This document shows, in pieces, positions 20,381 through 28,451 of a DNA stretch of 64,000 nt. A program made the translations under genes and the position numbers. The notes under the pieces are model-generated. The model was given only the letters and a program-made list of their open reading frames with translations, made no database searches and was not told the origin of the DNA. The DNA is from an uncultured virus (IMG/VR IMGVR_UViG_3300031088_000789) (lineage: Duplodnaviria; Heunggongvirae; Uroviricota; Caudoviricetes), in IMG/VR virus record IMGVR_UViG_3300031088_000789; one strand, given 5' to 3'. How positions within the stretch are numbered: the first letter of the stretch is position 1; the number at the start of each line of letters is the position of its first letter.

Positions 20381-20465
20381 GCCCATGTGGTGAAATTGGT
20401 AGACGCGGCGGATTCAAAATCCGCTTCCGCAAGGAGTGTCGGTTCGAGTCCGACCTTGGGCACCA
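20381..20465 (+). tRNA. tRNA-Leu(CAA)
   Basis: Class II cloverleaf, GCGGA-TTCAAAA-TCCGC, GGTTCGAGTCC, CCA. Confidence 0.95.
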
Positions 20466-20472
20466 GCTTTAA

Positions 20473-20736
20473 AGTGAAGGTAGGCATTGCTACTATGACC
20501 AGTTGCTTGGTGATAGGTGTTTCTCAGCAGATGGTATGCTGACAGCCCAAACGAAGGGGTTGAATAAAGAATGTTAGTTTGCGACAATATGGTTTCACAG
20601 GTATTTAATTACCAAGTCTGACTTCTTGTAGAGTTAGATGTGTTTTCTTCTCACGAAGACAGGGCTAGCAAAGGCTCTGAATTAAATCAGATTGTGTTGC
20701 AAATGAAAGTTCGACACTGGTATATTTATCTTCACT
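20473..20736 (+). ncRNA. candidate large multi-helix ncRNA between two tRNA-Leu genes
   Basis: Closing stem AGTGAAGGTAG/TTATCTTCACT and at least 7 internal helices; no ORF. Confidence 0.6.
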
Positions 20737-20741
20737 ATTAT

Positions 20742-20825
20742 GCCCGGTTGGTGAAATGGTAGACACAGAAGACTTAAAATCTTCCGGCGAAAGCCGTGCC
20801 AGTTCGAGTCTGGCACCGGGCACCA
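20742..20825 (+). tRNA. tRNA-Leu(TAA)
   Basis: GAAGA-CTTAAAA-TCTTC, long variable arm, CCA. Confidence 0.95.
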
Positions 20826-20884
20826 GATTGAAAAAAGATGAAAAAAAGAGTTGCAAATGTTGATGAAAAGGCTTAATATAGAGC

Positions 20885-21020
20885 CTTCTTAACTAGGAAC
20901 GGAAAGAGGACTAACAGAGATTTTCGTAGGTTGGCATCCTTCGAATTCAAGCAAATGACCTAAGACCTTTGGTAGACAAATAAATCCAAAGTAGGGGTTT
21001 CAATAAAAAGATTGGAAACC
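20885..21020 (+). ncRNA. candidate small RNA
   Basis: TTGCAA-17-TAATAT promoter, GGA-rich 5' end, three hairpins, no ORF. Confidence 0.35.
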
Positions 21021-21115
21021 GCTTGAAATAGATTGCTAGGTATTTAAACTTTATTATTATACTATTTAATTAAGGATACCGGATGGTTTAGTGCGTCCTA
21101 AATCATCCACCCCAT

Positions 21116-21192
21116 GGGACTTTAGCTCAGTTGGTTAGAGCAACAGACTCATAATCGGCAGGTCACAGGTTCAAGTCCTGTAAGTCCCACCA
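21116..21192 (+). tRNA. tRNA(CAT), Ile2-like (lysidine type), imperfect anticodon stem
   Basis: TAGCTCAGTTGGTTAGAGC...GACTCATAATC...GGTTCAAGTCC...ACCA; two anticodon-stem mismatches. Confidence 0.8.
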
Positions 21193-21202
21193 GATTGTAA
21201 AT

Positions 21203-21428
21203 AACATTAACCGCTAAGATAATCTAATGTAAGTGCCAGATGTGAGCCAATAATGCAGCATTAATACCTAATTTAATCTTATTATTGAATTTAGTATAAT
21301 TGATGATTGCCCTATAACTTTTCTCTCTAAAAACAGTGCCAGAGGTGAGCTACCCATGCAGTAAGTCACTTAACTTATAGATGACTAATTAATAGAGATT
21401 GAAAAACCCCTCAAAGTAGGGGTTTTTT
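21203..21428 (+). repeat. tRNA-trailing module, copy 1
   Basis: Near-identical to 50970..51193 and 51888..52114; internal direct repeat AGTGCCAGAGGTGAGC. Confidence 0.92.
21214..21261 (-). CDS. candidate 15-codon minigene MLHYWLTSGTYIRLS
   Basis: AGGT SD-like site, ATG, frame conserved in 3 copies with synonymous changes. Confidence 0.4.
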   Translation of the reverse strand: MLHYWLTSGTYIRLS

Positions 21429-21534
21429 GCTATTGGCTTTTTGTGTAATTTCAATCATTTATTGTTGTAAATCGTGTGCTTTTTTGATACAATTACCCTA
21501 CTGTAAACGTTCATTCAGCTTTGGAGCCATAATT

Positions 21535-21705
21535 ATGCCTATTACCGCAACTAGCAAGGTAGATCTTTCCACTGGTGCAGTTAGTTTTGAATATGATATG
21601 GATTCTTTCAAAATGACACCAGAAGAAAAACAAAAATATCTTGAGCATGAAGTGCTTTACGCCATGATGCTAGCAGATGTTCGTCAGAATCCACGTTCTT
21701 CCTAA
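21535..21705 (+). CDS. hypothetical protein
   Basis: GGAG RBS before MPITAT. Confidence 0.65.
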   Translation: MPITATSKVDLSTGAVSFEYDMDSFKMTPEEKQKYLEHEVLYAMMLADVRQNPRSS

Positions 21706-21734
21706 ACTTTATTCTCTATCGCTAGGTGATTATC

Positions 21735-21941
21735 ATGCACGAAGAAATCATTAAGACCTATTATCGTAAACGGGCTGATGGAAATTTAGGAGTTGCTGAA
21801 ATAAGTAGCTATAATTATCCAGATCAAGAGCGTTTTCTTCAAGCTTGTTATTTTTTCGAAGCCGAAGGCTACTATGACAATGCAGAGCAGGCTCGTGATG
21901 CTGATTACGTTCCGCCAAAGAAATACCCACGAACTGAATAA
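21735..21941 (+). CDS. hypothetical protein
   Basis: AGGTG RBS. Confidence 0.7.
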   Translation: MHEEIIKTYYRKRADGNLGVAEISSYNYPDQERFLQACYFFEAEGYYDNAEQARDADYVPPKKYPRTE

Positions 21942-22044
21942 CATATTGTCATCCTGATAAAACCGTCTTCTAGGCGGTTTTTTGTTGCTCATTTTTTAGT
22001 TTTTTGGTATACTGCTTTCATCAAAACCATTGCAGGCTTTTATC

Positions 22045-22521
22045 ATGATTTCACTTGTTTCGTATAGTAAACCAGCAGAAAATCCAAAACTAGTAAGTTT
22101 GGTTTATTTTTCTATGCGAAACCGTTATACCTCCGTTTCCGATCCGGCTGGTCTGACTTTTAAAGAGGTCCGTGAAATTCTTGCCAATCAATCTGTCACT
22201 GCAATTCAAGATGGTGATCGGATTGTGGGCATTCTTCGCGTTAGTGAAGTTACTTTTCAAATGAGGCACAAAATGGGCCTTCCTGATGGTGTTGGTTACC
22301 AGAACCTTGGATTGCTCTATATTGCTAAAAATGAACGTGGTAATGGCTATGCCAGTCAAGTAGTTGAACAATGCTTGAAAGAGCATAAAAACTTGATTTA
22401 TATTGTTCATAAAAGCAATGTGGCGAGCAATAAAGTTGCACGAAAATATTTCAATTTCTTTAAGGAAGATAAATTTTGGAGGGCAGTGGAAGCTTATAAT
22501 ATTTACAAAATTGAACAATAA
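22045..22521 (+). CDS. GNAT-family acetyltransferase
   Basis: LYIAKNERGNGYASQ; NVASNKVARK. Confidence 0.8.
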   Translation: MISLVSYSKPAENPKLVSLVYFSMRNRYTSVSDPAGLTFKEVREILANQSVTAIQDGDRIVGILRVSEVTFQMRHKMGLPDGVGYQNLGLLYIAKNERGNGYASQVVEQCLKEHKNLIYIVHKSNVASNKVARKYFNFFKEDKFWRAVEAYNIYKIEQ

Positions 22522-22533
22522 GAGGTTTCAATT

Positions 22534-22896
22534 ATGCCAACATTGATTTTTATTATTTGTGCTGTATTCCTTTTGGGTTGTTTTGGTTGTGCCTTCATGT
22601 ATTACAAGAACAATCCTTACATTGGTTCTACTTTCTTTGTTGATGCTGATGCAGGAAAGGATTCTCCTTTGTATATTGCTAAGTCCGTAGTGGCTGATGG
22701 CTGTGGCCTTCCAGTTCTAAAATTTAAACGAATTTCTTGTGTCCCCGGACACACTTATACTCAGGCTGTTTCTGATTGGTTTTATAATGTCTTTGAAAAC
22801 GCTCCCCTTATTAACCTTGTTCAAATCAGTGAAGAAAAGGCGAATGACATTTACAAGAATCAACGAAAGTATACAAATCAAAATGCAGTAACCTAA
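22534..22896 (+). CDS. N-terminally anchored membrane protein
   Basis: Hydrophobic N-terminus; GAGG RBS. Confidence 0.7.
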   Translation: MPTLIFIICAVFLLGCFGCAFMYYKNNPYIGSTFFVDADAGKDSPLYIAKSVVADGCGLPVLKFKRISCVPGHTYTQAVSDWFYNVFENAPLINLVQISEEKANDIYKNQRKYTNQNAVT

Positions 22897-22988
22897 ATCA
22901 AAAATTAAAGATCTGGTTCTAACCAGATTTTTTTGCTTCAGGTTATTCAATATGCTATAATTCAAGCATACAACTCAGAGGCAATGCC

Positions 22989-23612
22989 ATGAACGAAAAT
23001 GTTATCCCCTCACATGTGTTGGCTTCAGCAGAATCTTTTTTTCATGCAGAACCTTTCTTTTTTGAAGGTTATGTGAATGTTCGTTTTCGTCCCATCAACA
23101 TGATTGCTGAAAAAATTGGTTGCTGTGGTATCGCTACTATGCCTTCTGACGAAGAAATTATCTTTATGAGCTATGGAGTTCCAAATTACCCGTTGGAAGG
23201 GGAGTTTGTTCGGAACCGGGTTACTACGCCTATTAAGAAAGGAAAGAAAAAAGTTCCTTATGATATTGATTTGAACTTGATCCATATTTCAATCAAGTTG
23301 AAACACAAAAACACTTATCGTAATAACATGACGTTCCTATTTAACGAAAATGAACTTCATTCTATTACTTTAAACCAATCGGTAGTGCCTAATGGCTCTG
23401 ATGAAGTTAACTACCTGTTGTATTCATCCGAACTTCAAGCTAAATATCAGTTGAAGCAAAACAACATGCGGGATTTTTATGTATTTCATTATCTGATGAA
23501 CAACTCTGGATTAAAATCTATGTTGACGGCTGCGTCGTATCTGGAACAGTTTGAAGAATTTATGCAATATTATCATTCTAATTTAGACTTGTTGAAAATG
23601 CACGACATTTAA
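22989..23612 (+). CDS. hypothetical protein with C-terminal LDLLKMHDI tail
   Basis: GAGG RBS; 207 aa. Confidence 0.75.
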   Translation: MNENVIPSHVLASAESFFHAEPFFFEGYVNVRFRPINMIAEKIGCCGIATMPSDEEIIFMSYGVPNYPLEGEFVRNRVTTPIKKGKKKVPYDIDLNLIHISIKLKHKNTYRNNMTFLFNENELHSITLNQSVVPNGSDEVNYLLYSSELQAKYQLKQNNMRDFYVFHYLMNNSGLKSMLTAASYLEQFEEFMQYYHSNLDLLKMHDI

Positions 23613-23740
23613 TTGGCATATCAGAGTAATCACTAGATGTATTTTTAGCTTAATCCGGTAGAGATGTCGGATTTTTTTGCTTTAAACTCGTTTTCATGTT
23701 ATACTCATGTTCTGTTATTCAACTCAATCAAGGTGTGATT

Positions 23741-24079
23741 ATGATCGAAATCTCAGTTTCTGACATGGTTTTTGTAAAAAATGTTGCGGATGAACTTGAA
23801 GCTGTTTTTTCTGATATGTCTGGTCGTTTGGTAGAAAACATTCCGGGTTCGTTTAAAGCAGCTTGCTTCCAATCATCGTATGAAATTCATACAAAATTTG
23901 GAACCCATCAGTTTGCTGTTTACAGCTATTTGCGTAGTCGAATTTTAGAAAATCCACAACACGATGTTGTCGAAGAGTTCAACAGTCTACATCAAGTGTT
24001 TATCATGGCTATCAAAATTGCTGGAGAACGTTTTCAGAAAACGTTGGTTGAAGCCCGTGAAAGCCGTGCAATGGGTTAG
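23741..24079 (+). CDS. hypothetical protein
   Basis: AGGTG RBS. Confidence 0.7.
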   Translation: MIEISVSDMVFVKNVADELEAVFSDMSGRLVENIPGSFKAACFQSSYEIHTKFGTHQFAVYSYLRSRILENPQHDVVEEFNSLHQVFIMAIKIAGERFQKTLVEARESRAMG

Positions 24080-24117
24080 TTAAAAAACTCTTTTATATCT
24101 ACTTTGGGAGTGTCATT

Positions 24118-24312
24118 ATGCAATTTACACCTAATGCTCAAATCTATGTTAATGGTCTTGGTGCTTGGTTTCGCATTATTGATCAAACTGATGATACAGT
24201 CCGTTTGGTAGATTGTGACGGTCATGCCAAATGGGAAAGCAAAGCAGAAATTGCTTCTTTGATGGATAAAGAAGAACCGTCTCTGTCCACCGATAGCGAT
24301 ATTCAGTGGTAA
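24118..24312 (+). CDS. hypothetical protein
   Basis: GGGAG RBS. Confidence 0.7.
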   Translation: MQFTPNAQIYVNGLGAWFRIIDQTDDTVRLVDCDGHAKWESKAEIASLMDKEEPSLSTDSDIQW

Positions 24313-24403
24313 GTTGAAAAAAAAGCTTTACACAAAACTTGTTTTTAGATATACTTAACTCATCAAAACGAAACAACACAATCAAATAGTTAGGAGATAC
24401 AAC

Positions 24404-24538
24404 ATGCAAGGTTCTTTCGGTGACGCAACTGAACGTTTCTCGGGTAACAAGAAGCGTGATACTGAAAAGGCACGTTTCAACAAGGCTGACAAACAACGTC
24501 GCCAAAAACGCCGTAATCGACACAACGATGCAGATTAA
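24404..24538 (+). CDS. small basic protein, MQGS family copy 1 (44 aa)
   Basis: AGGAG RBS; MQGSFGDATERFSGNKKR...KRRNRHNDAD; not in ORF track. Confidence 0.85.
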   Translation: MQGSFGDATERFSGNKKRDTEKARFNKADKQRRQKRRNRHNDAD

Positions 24539-24647
24539 GACTCTGCACAAAAAAGGCATCCACTAGGGTGCCTTTTTTTATGACAGAAGATATTGTTTAA
24601 AACTTATTTTTTTGATATACTACCACTTTAAACTAATCAGGTGACTT

Positions 24648-25025
24648 ATGAAAAACTTCATGGTCTTTCAAGAGCGTTCCATCAAGATGGATTATCGAAT
24701 TTATCAACTTGATGATGAAAAGAAATTCTATTGTTCTTTGACGGAAAAGAATATGGGGTTCTCTGTTCAAAAAACGATTGACTACGCCAACAATTTTGAT
24801 TTTTTTGATACGTTGGAAGACGCTCAAATGTTCATTAATGAACGTGTATCTGGTATGGTTGAGCAATCACAAGCGGATGTGTTTTGTCCTATGTGTAATC
24901 GTGGCTATGAAGCCAGTGACATGTCAGAGATGGAAACTGTATGGGTTTATACGAAAACTTGTGCTTGCGGGCATAAATTTAAAGTAGAAGGGCGTCAAAT
25001 TATTTTGTATGCTGTCATTTCATAA
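24648..25025 (+). CDS. zinc-ribbon protein
   Basis: CPMC...CACG. Confidence 0.7.
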   Translation: MKNFMVFQERSIKMDYRIYQLDDEKKFYCSLTEKNMGFSVQKTIDYANNFDFFDTLEDAQMFINERVSGMVEQSQADVFCPMCNRGYEASDMSEMETVWVYTKTCACGHKFKVEGRQIILYAVIS

Positions 25026-25042
25026 CATTTAGGAGAAATATC

Positions 25043-25414
25043 ATGGCTAGAAAAAAAGCTGCACCACTAGAAGTTCCAGTGGACCAAAAATCGTCAGAGT
25101 TTTTAAGCTTTAAAGAGAGCTTAAAATCAGTCACTATGGCCAGTATCAGCAGAAATAAAAAGAGTATTCACGTATCGACTACTGGTTGTGATATTGCTCA
25201 CTCCATTGTTGCTATGCCGCCACACTTTGAAATTGTTAAATTGCTGTTCCCTTCTGTTTCGGTAGATAAATTTATTGAAATTGCTACTGAAATCTATAAA
25301 AAGGCCAGTTCAGATGTGGACGAAGTTCCAGACTACTATGACACTCATTACTTTGAGTATACTTTTAATATTGATTTTGTTGACCTGTATCGGATTTATT
25401 TGAAACACAAATAA
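25043..25414 (+). CDS. hypothetical protein
   Basis: AGGAG RBS. Confidence 0.75.
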   Translation: MARKKAAPLEVPVDQKSSEFLSFKESLKSVTMASISRNKKSIHVSTTGCDIAHSIVAMPPHFEIVKLLFPSVSVDKFIEIATEIYKKASSDVDEVPDYYDTHYFEYTFNIDFVDLYRIYLKHK

Positions 25415-25533
25415 ATCTTTTAACCTGCTAGAATGCAGTAACATAAAGAGATCTTCGGATCTCTTTTTTGTTGCCTTCTAAAATGATTTTTGCTATAATG
25501 AAGACCTTCCCAAACATAACAAGGTGCTTGAAA

Positions 25534-25701
25534 ATGAAAGAAGTTTGCAAAGAAGATGGCGTAATGTCCCCAGAATTCATGGCGGCTGTTGCTGCTGGTG
25601 GTCAAGTTCAACTCAATACTGAAACTGTTGTGGGGTGGATTGACATGTCGGCTGACGATCTGGAATATCGCAATAGCCTCGAATACCGTATTAAATCCTA
25701 A
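25534..25701 (+). CDS. small hypothetical protein
   Basis: AGGTG RBS; structured 3' region follows. Confidence 0.6.
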   Translation: MKEVCKEDGVMSPEFMAAVAAGGQVQLNTETVVGWIDMSADDLEYRNSLEYRIKS

Positions 25702-25856
25702 TCACCTTGACAGTGATTGACCCGTTTGTGATCGTATAGTTTCTGTATGCGATACAACCCCAAACCTGCAGCAATGCAGGTTTTTTATTCTTAAAATATA
25801 TATTTTTCTTTTTTTTCTTGGTATAATGACTCATCACATTTATTGAGGTGTTCAAC

Positions 25857-26066
25857 ATGACCGCACTCTATTCTTTCTATTCCGAATCCACTGGCATCTT
25901 GGTCACTCAGTCTGCTCCTTATATCGAAGATGGTTGGTATATCGAGGCTCATCCAAATGGCAAAATCAAAGTGTTTGAAATCCCGCTGCATGGTGGCGAA
26001 AACATGGAAATGGGTGAATTCACCAATTTCAAAGAAGCCTATGAATTTGCATTGAGCTTAACATAA
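25857..26066 (+). CDS. hypothetical protein
   Basis: GAGGTG RBS. Confidence 0.7.
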   Translation: MTALYSFYSESTGILVTQSAPYIEDGWYIEAHPNGKIKVFEIPLHGGENMEMGEFTNFKEAYEFALSLT

Positions 26067-26107
26067 AATAAGGCTTGATTTTTTACTTACCTTTTGGTAT
26101 AGTTATT

Positions 26108-26240
26108 AAGTCGGCCTTTGAGCCAAGTTCACGGTGTGGGCGTTCCCATGACTCAGTATTGACGAATGCTGTTTAGTTTCCCTTTGAGGCAGTCAGAAGA
26201 CGGTTTTGACTAGAAAAGAGATCTTCGGATCTCTTTTTTT
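26108..26240 (+). ncRNA. candidate structured small RNA
   Basis: Promoter TTGATT-17-TATAGT, GC-richer non-coding body with AGTC/GACT closure, TGGG/CCCA and CAGTATT/AATGCTG hairpins, UUCG terminator. Confidence 0.55.
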
Positions 26241-26287
26241 GTACTCATTTTATGATATAATAGCTCATATTTTAAAGGATGATTACC

Positions 26288-26680
26288 ATGTCTAGTATCA
26301 CCAAGCTTGTTAATTTTGAATCCGAAGAGTTGAATGCAATAGCTTTGGATATTTTGACAAAGTTGGAACGTAAATATGGTCGTCCATCTTGTGGTAATAG
26401 CCGTGCTACTTTTATCAGTAAGCACTGCGTGTTTAAATTTCCACTCAACTTCAAAGGTTTGAGAGACAACACTGTTGAAGGAAAAAAACCTGATGATGAT
26501 TATGCTCAATATGCAAAGAGTCGCCTTATGATGTTGGGTGATTTCAATTGTATTGTTCAAGAAAAATTGATTATGCCTAAATCGTTAGCGGGTTTGCCTG
26601 TTTGGATAATGTCGATTGATTGTTGTCAGGTAGGCTATGATTTGAAAGGTCGATTGAAGGCGTATGATTTTGCTGGTTGA
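26288..26680 (+). CDS. minimal protein-kinase-like fold protein
   Basis: GNSRATF, VFKFP, N-x-x-E, VQE, D-x-x-Q-V-G, AYDF. Confidence 0.5.
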   Translation: MSSITKLVNFESEELNAIALDILTKLERKYGRPSCGNSRATFISKHCVFKFPLNFKGLRDNTVEGKKPDDDYAQYAKSRLMMLGDFNCIVQEKLIMPKSLAGLPVWIMSIDCCQVGYDLKGRLKAYDFAG

Positions 26681-26734
26681 TTCAATAGTCATTTTTTGTT
26701 ATCCTTCAACTATTCTAAAGTTGAGGATTCTCCC

Positions 26735-27118
26735 ATGCCTGTAATTGATTTAATAGTCCAATCTGAAAAAAGTAAGAGTGAATATTTTGATCAATTTGTT
26801 ATTGAGCTAACCTTTGCTCATGATGATGGAGATCTTCACGAAACTGAATGGGTTGTTTTTCCACAGGCTGCAGAAAAAGCTGAAATTATCGAATTTCTTA
26901 ATTTCCTATATGCGGCTAATCAGCATGTCATGAAATATTGCACACATCCAAAACAAGTTGTAGGTTTTGACAAATGGTGCTATTATAGCAATCCGGGGTT
27001 GAGTGGTTGGCCTACTGACACTAACGGTAACTATTTTGGAGATTTGACCTACATCACTGTGCATTTTTATGATAAACAAGGTGTGCATTTTGATGTAGAT
27101 ATTGTCAATCAAGCCTAA
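26735..27118 (+). CDS. hypothetical protein
   Basis: GAGG RBS. Confidence 0.7.
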   Translation: MPVIDLIVQSEKSKSEYFDQFVIELTFAHDDGDLHETEWVVFPQAAEKAEIIEFLNFLYAANQHVMKYCTHPKQVVGFDKWCYYSNPGLSGWPTDTNGNYFGDLTYITVHFYDKQGVHFDVDIVNQA

Positions 27119-27140
27119 TATTTCAGACAGGATATTCGTT

Positions 27141-27608
27141 ATGCGTATCAACAAGAACATCAAATCCATTGCTACCGCTTCAGCAGCGTTTGCAAAGCAC
27201 CGTTTCCCTGTGCAAAATAAATATTATTTCGATACAGCATTGGTATCTATGGATACCGAAAAAAATCTGTTTTCAATTGTTTATTTGGAATCAATCAGTC
27301 AAGATGATGACGAAGATGATTCGTTGGTTTATCAGCGTTGTTCAACTGAGTATTTTGACCTTAACAGCTCCGTTCTGTTGTCTATTGTGAGCTTTCATGT
27401 TTCGCTTGTGTTGCCAAAAGAAAGTCGTAGTGGATGCCGTGAAGTTGCTCGCCAAGTTATCAAGGAAATGAAGCATTCGCATGCTTATTACTATGTAGGC
27501 TGGTATGGTCATTCCAAAGCGTATTATCAGTATTCAATTCCGATTGATACGTTTATTCAAACTGTTATGACACAAGTTATTCCTACTCAACTTCCCGTTA
27601 CTCAATAA
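27141..27608 (+). CDS. hypothetical protein
   Basis: AGGA RBS. Confidence 0.7.
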   Translation: MRINKNIKSIATASAAFAKHRFPVQNKYYFDTALVSMDTEKNLFSIVYLESISQDDDEDDSLVYQRCSTEYFDLNSSVLLSIVSFHVSLVLPKESRSGCREVARQVIKEMKHSHAYYYVGWYGHSKAYYQYSIPIDTFIQTVMTQVIPTQLPVTQ

Positions 27609-27621
27609 ATTGGAGAAAACT

Positions 27622-27900
27622 ATGACCATTTATCATTGGATTGGTGTTGCTGTTTTTGTTTTGTTCTGTATTGCTATGATTTGGCAAATTGAATCAGACA
27701 TGCGAGATACCCAACGGATTATTTTGAAAGGTTATGGTTTTGCAAATGCAACGCATTCAGCACAAACCTTTGAGAAGACAGGTGTTGCTTTGGATACTAA
27801 TGTCAAGTATCTTATGTCTCCTGATAAAAAGTCGAACCGTAACAAACGGAGTTCGGAACCTCCAAAATCTGATGATGACAGTTTTTCTTTTGACATTTAG
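27622..27900 (+). CDS. single-TM membrane protein
   Basis: GGAG RBS; hydrophobic N-terminus. Confidence 0.7.
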   Translation: MTIYHWIGVAVFVLFCIAMIWQIESDMRDTQRIILKGYGFANATHSAQTFEKTGVALDTNVKYLMSPDKKSNRNKRSSEPPKSDDDSFSFDI

Positions 27901-27979
27901 TGCTTGTATAAAAACTCTATTTTGAGTATAATGGCACTCGTAACTTAATAAACGTTTTTCAATTTTATGAGAGGTTCCT

Positions 27980-28342
27980 ATGACTAATCCAAAAGTTGGC
28001 TTTGTACGTAACTTTGAATCGAACAGCTCTTCGTTGCTGTCGCCAGACAGGCATTGGCTGATTATCTCTTTCAAACCACATGGTTACTGGTCGGAAGAGG
28101 CCATTAAGGTTCGTGCTCTGATTCTCAATGGGAAAGATCTTGAACTGGAAGTGACCAACTCGATGGGCGGTTATGCTGACTATGACCCGATTCTTCGTGC
28201 GGAATCTTTCGTTGCAGCTTATACTCAGGCAGTCGTTGATATGAAACGCATTCAGGAAGCGTATGATTCTGGTCTGCGTAATGTTGATGACATTATGAAT
28301 CATGTTCAGGACCAATACATTATTGATCAGCTTGAACGATAA
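27980..28342 (+). CDS. hypothetical protein
   Basis: GAGG RBS; NSSSL motif. Confidence 0.75.
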   Translation: MTNPKVGFVRNFESNSSSLLSPDRHWLIISFKPHGYWSEEAIKVRALILNGKDLELEVTNSMGGYADYDPILRAESFVAAYTQAVVDMKRIQEAYDSGLRNVDDIMNHVQDQYIIDQLER

Positions 28343-28451
28343 CCAATAATTTCTCAAAAACCTTCTTCGGAAGGTTTTTTTATTTCTAAAAATTCTTGTT
28401 TAGAATCTTCTTTTTGTGTATAATTGGCTTACTTTCTTAGGAGATTTACCC

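Noticed and set aside
21335..21363. Motif AGGTGAGCTACC-x-ATGCAG resembles my memory of ToxI (type III antitoxin) repeats
   Set aside because: The second pseudoknot stem is missing, motif copy 1 lacks the ACC pairing partner, and the units are not tandem; likely coincidental without an Infernal test.
21232..21363. Two direct repeats with a spacer as a mini-CRISPR array
   Set aside because: Only two imperfect repeats, a ~75-nt spacer that is mostly conserved among the three loci, and no cas genes.
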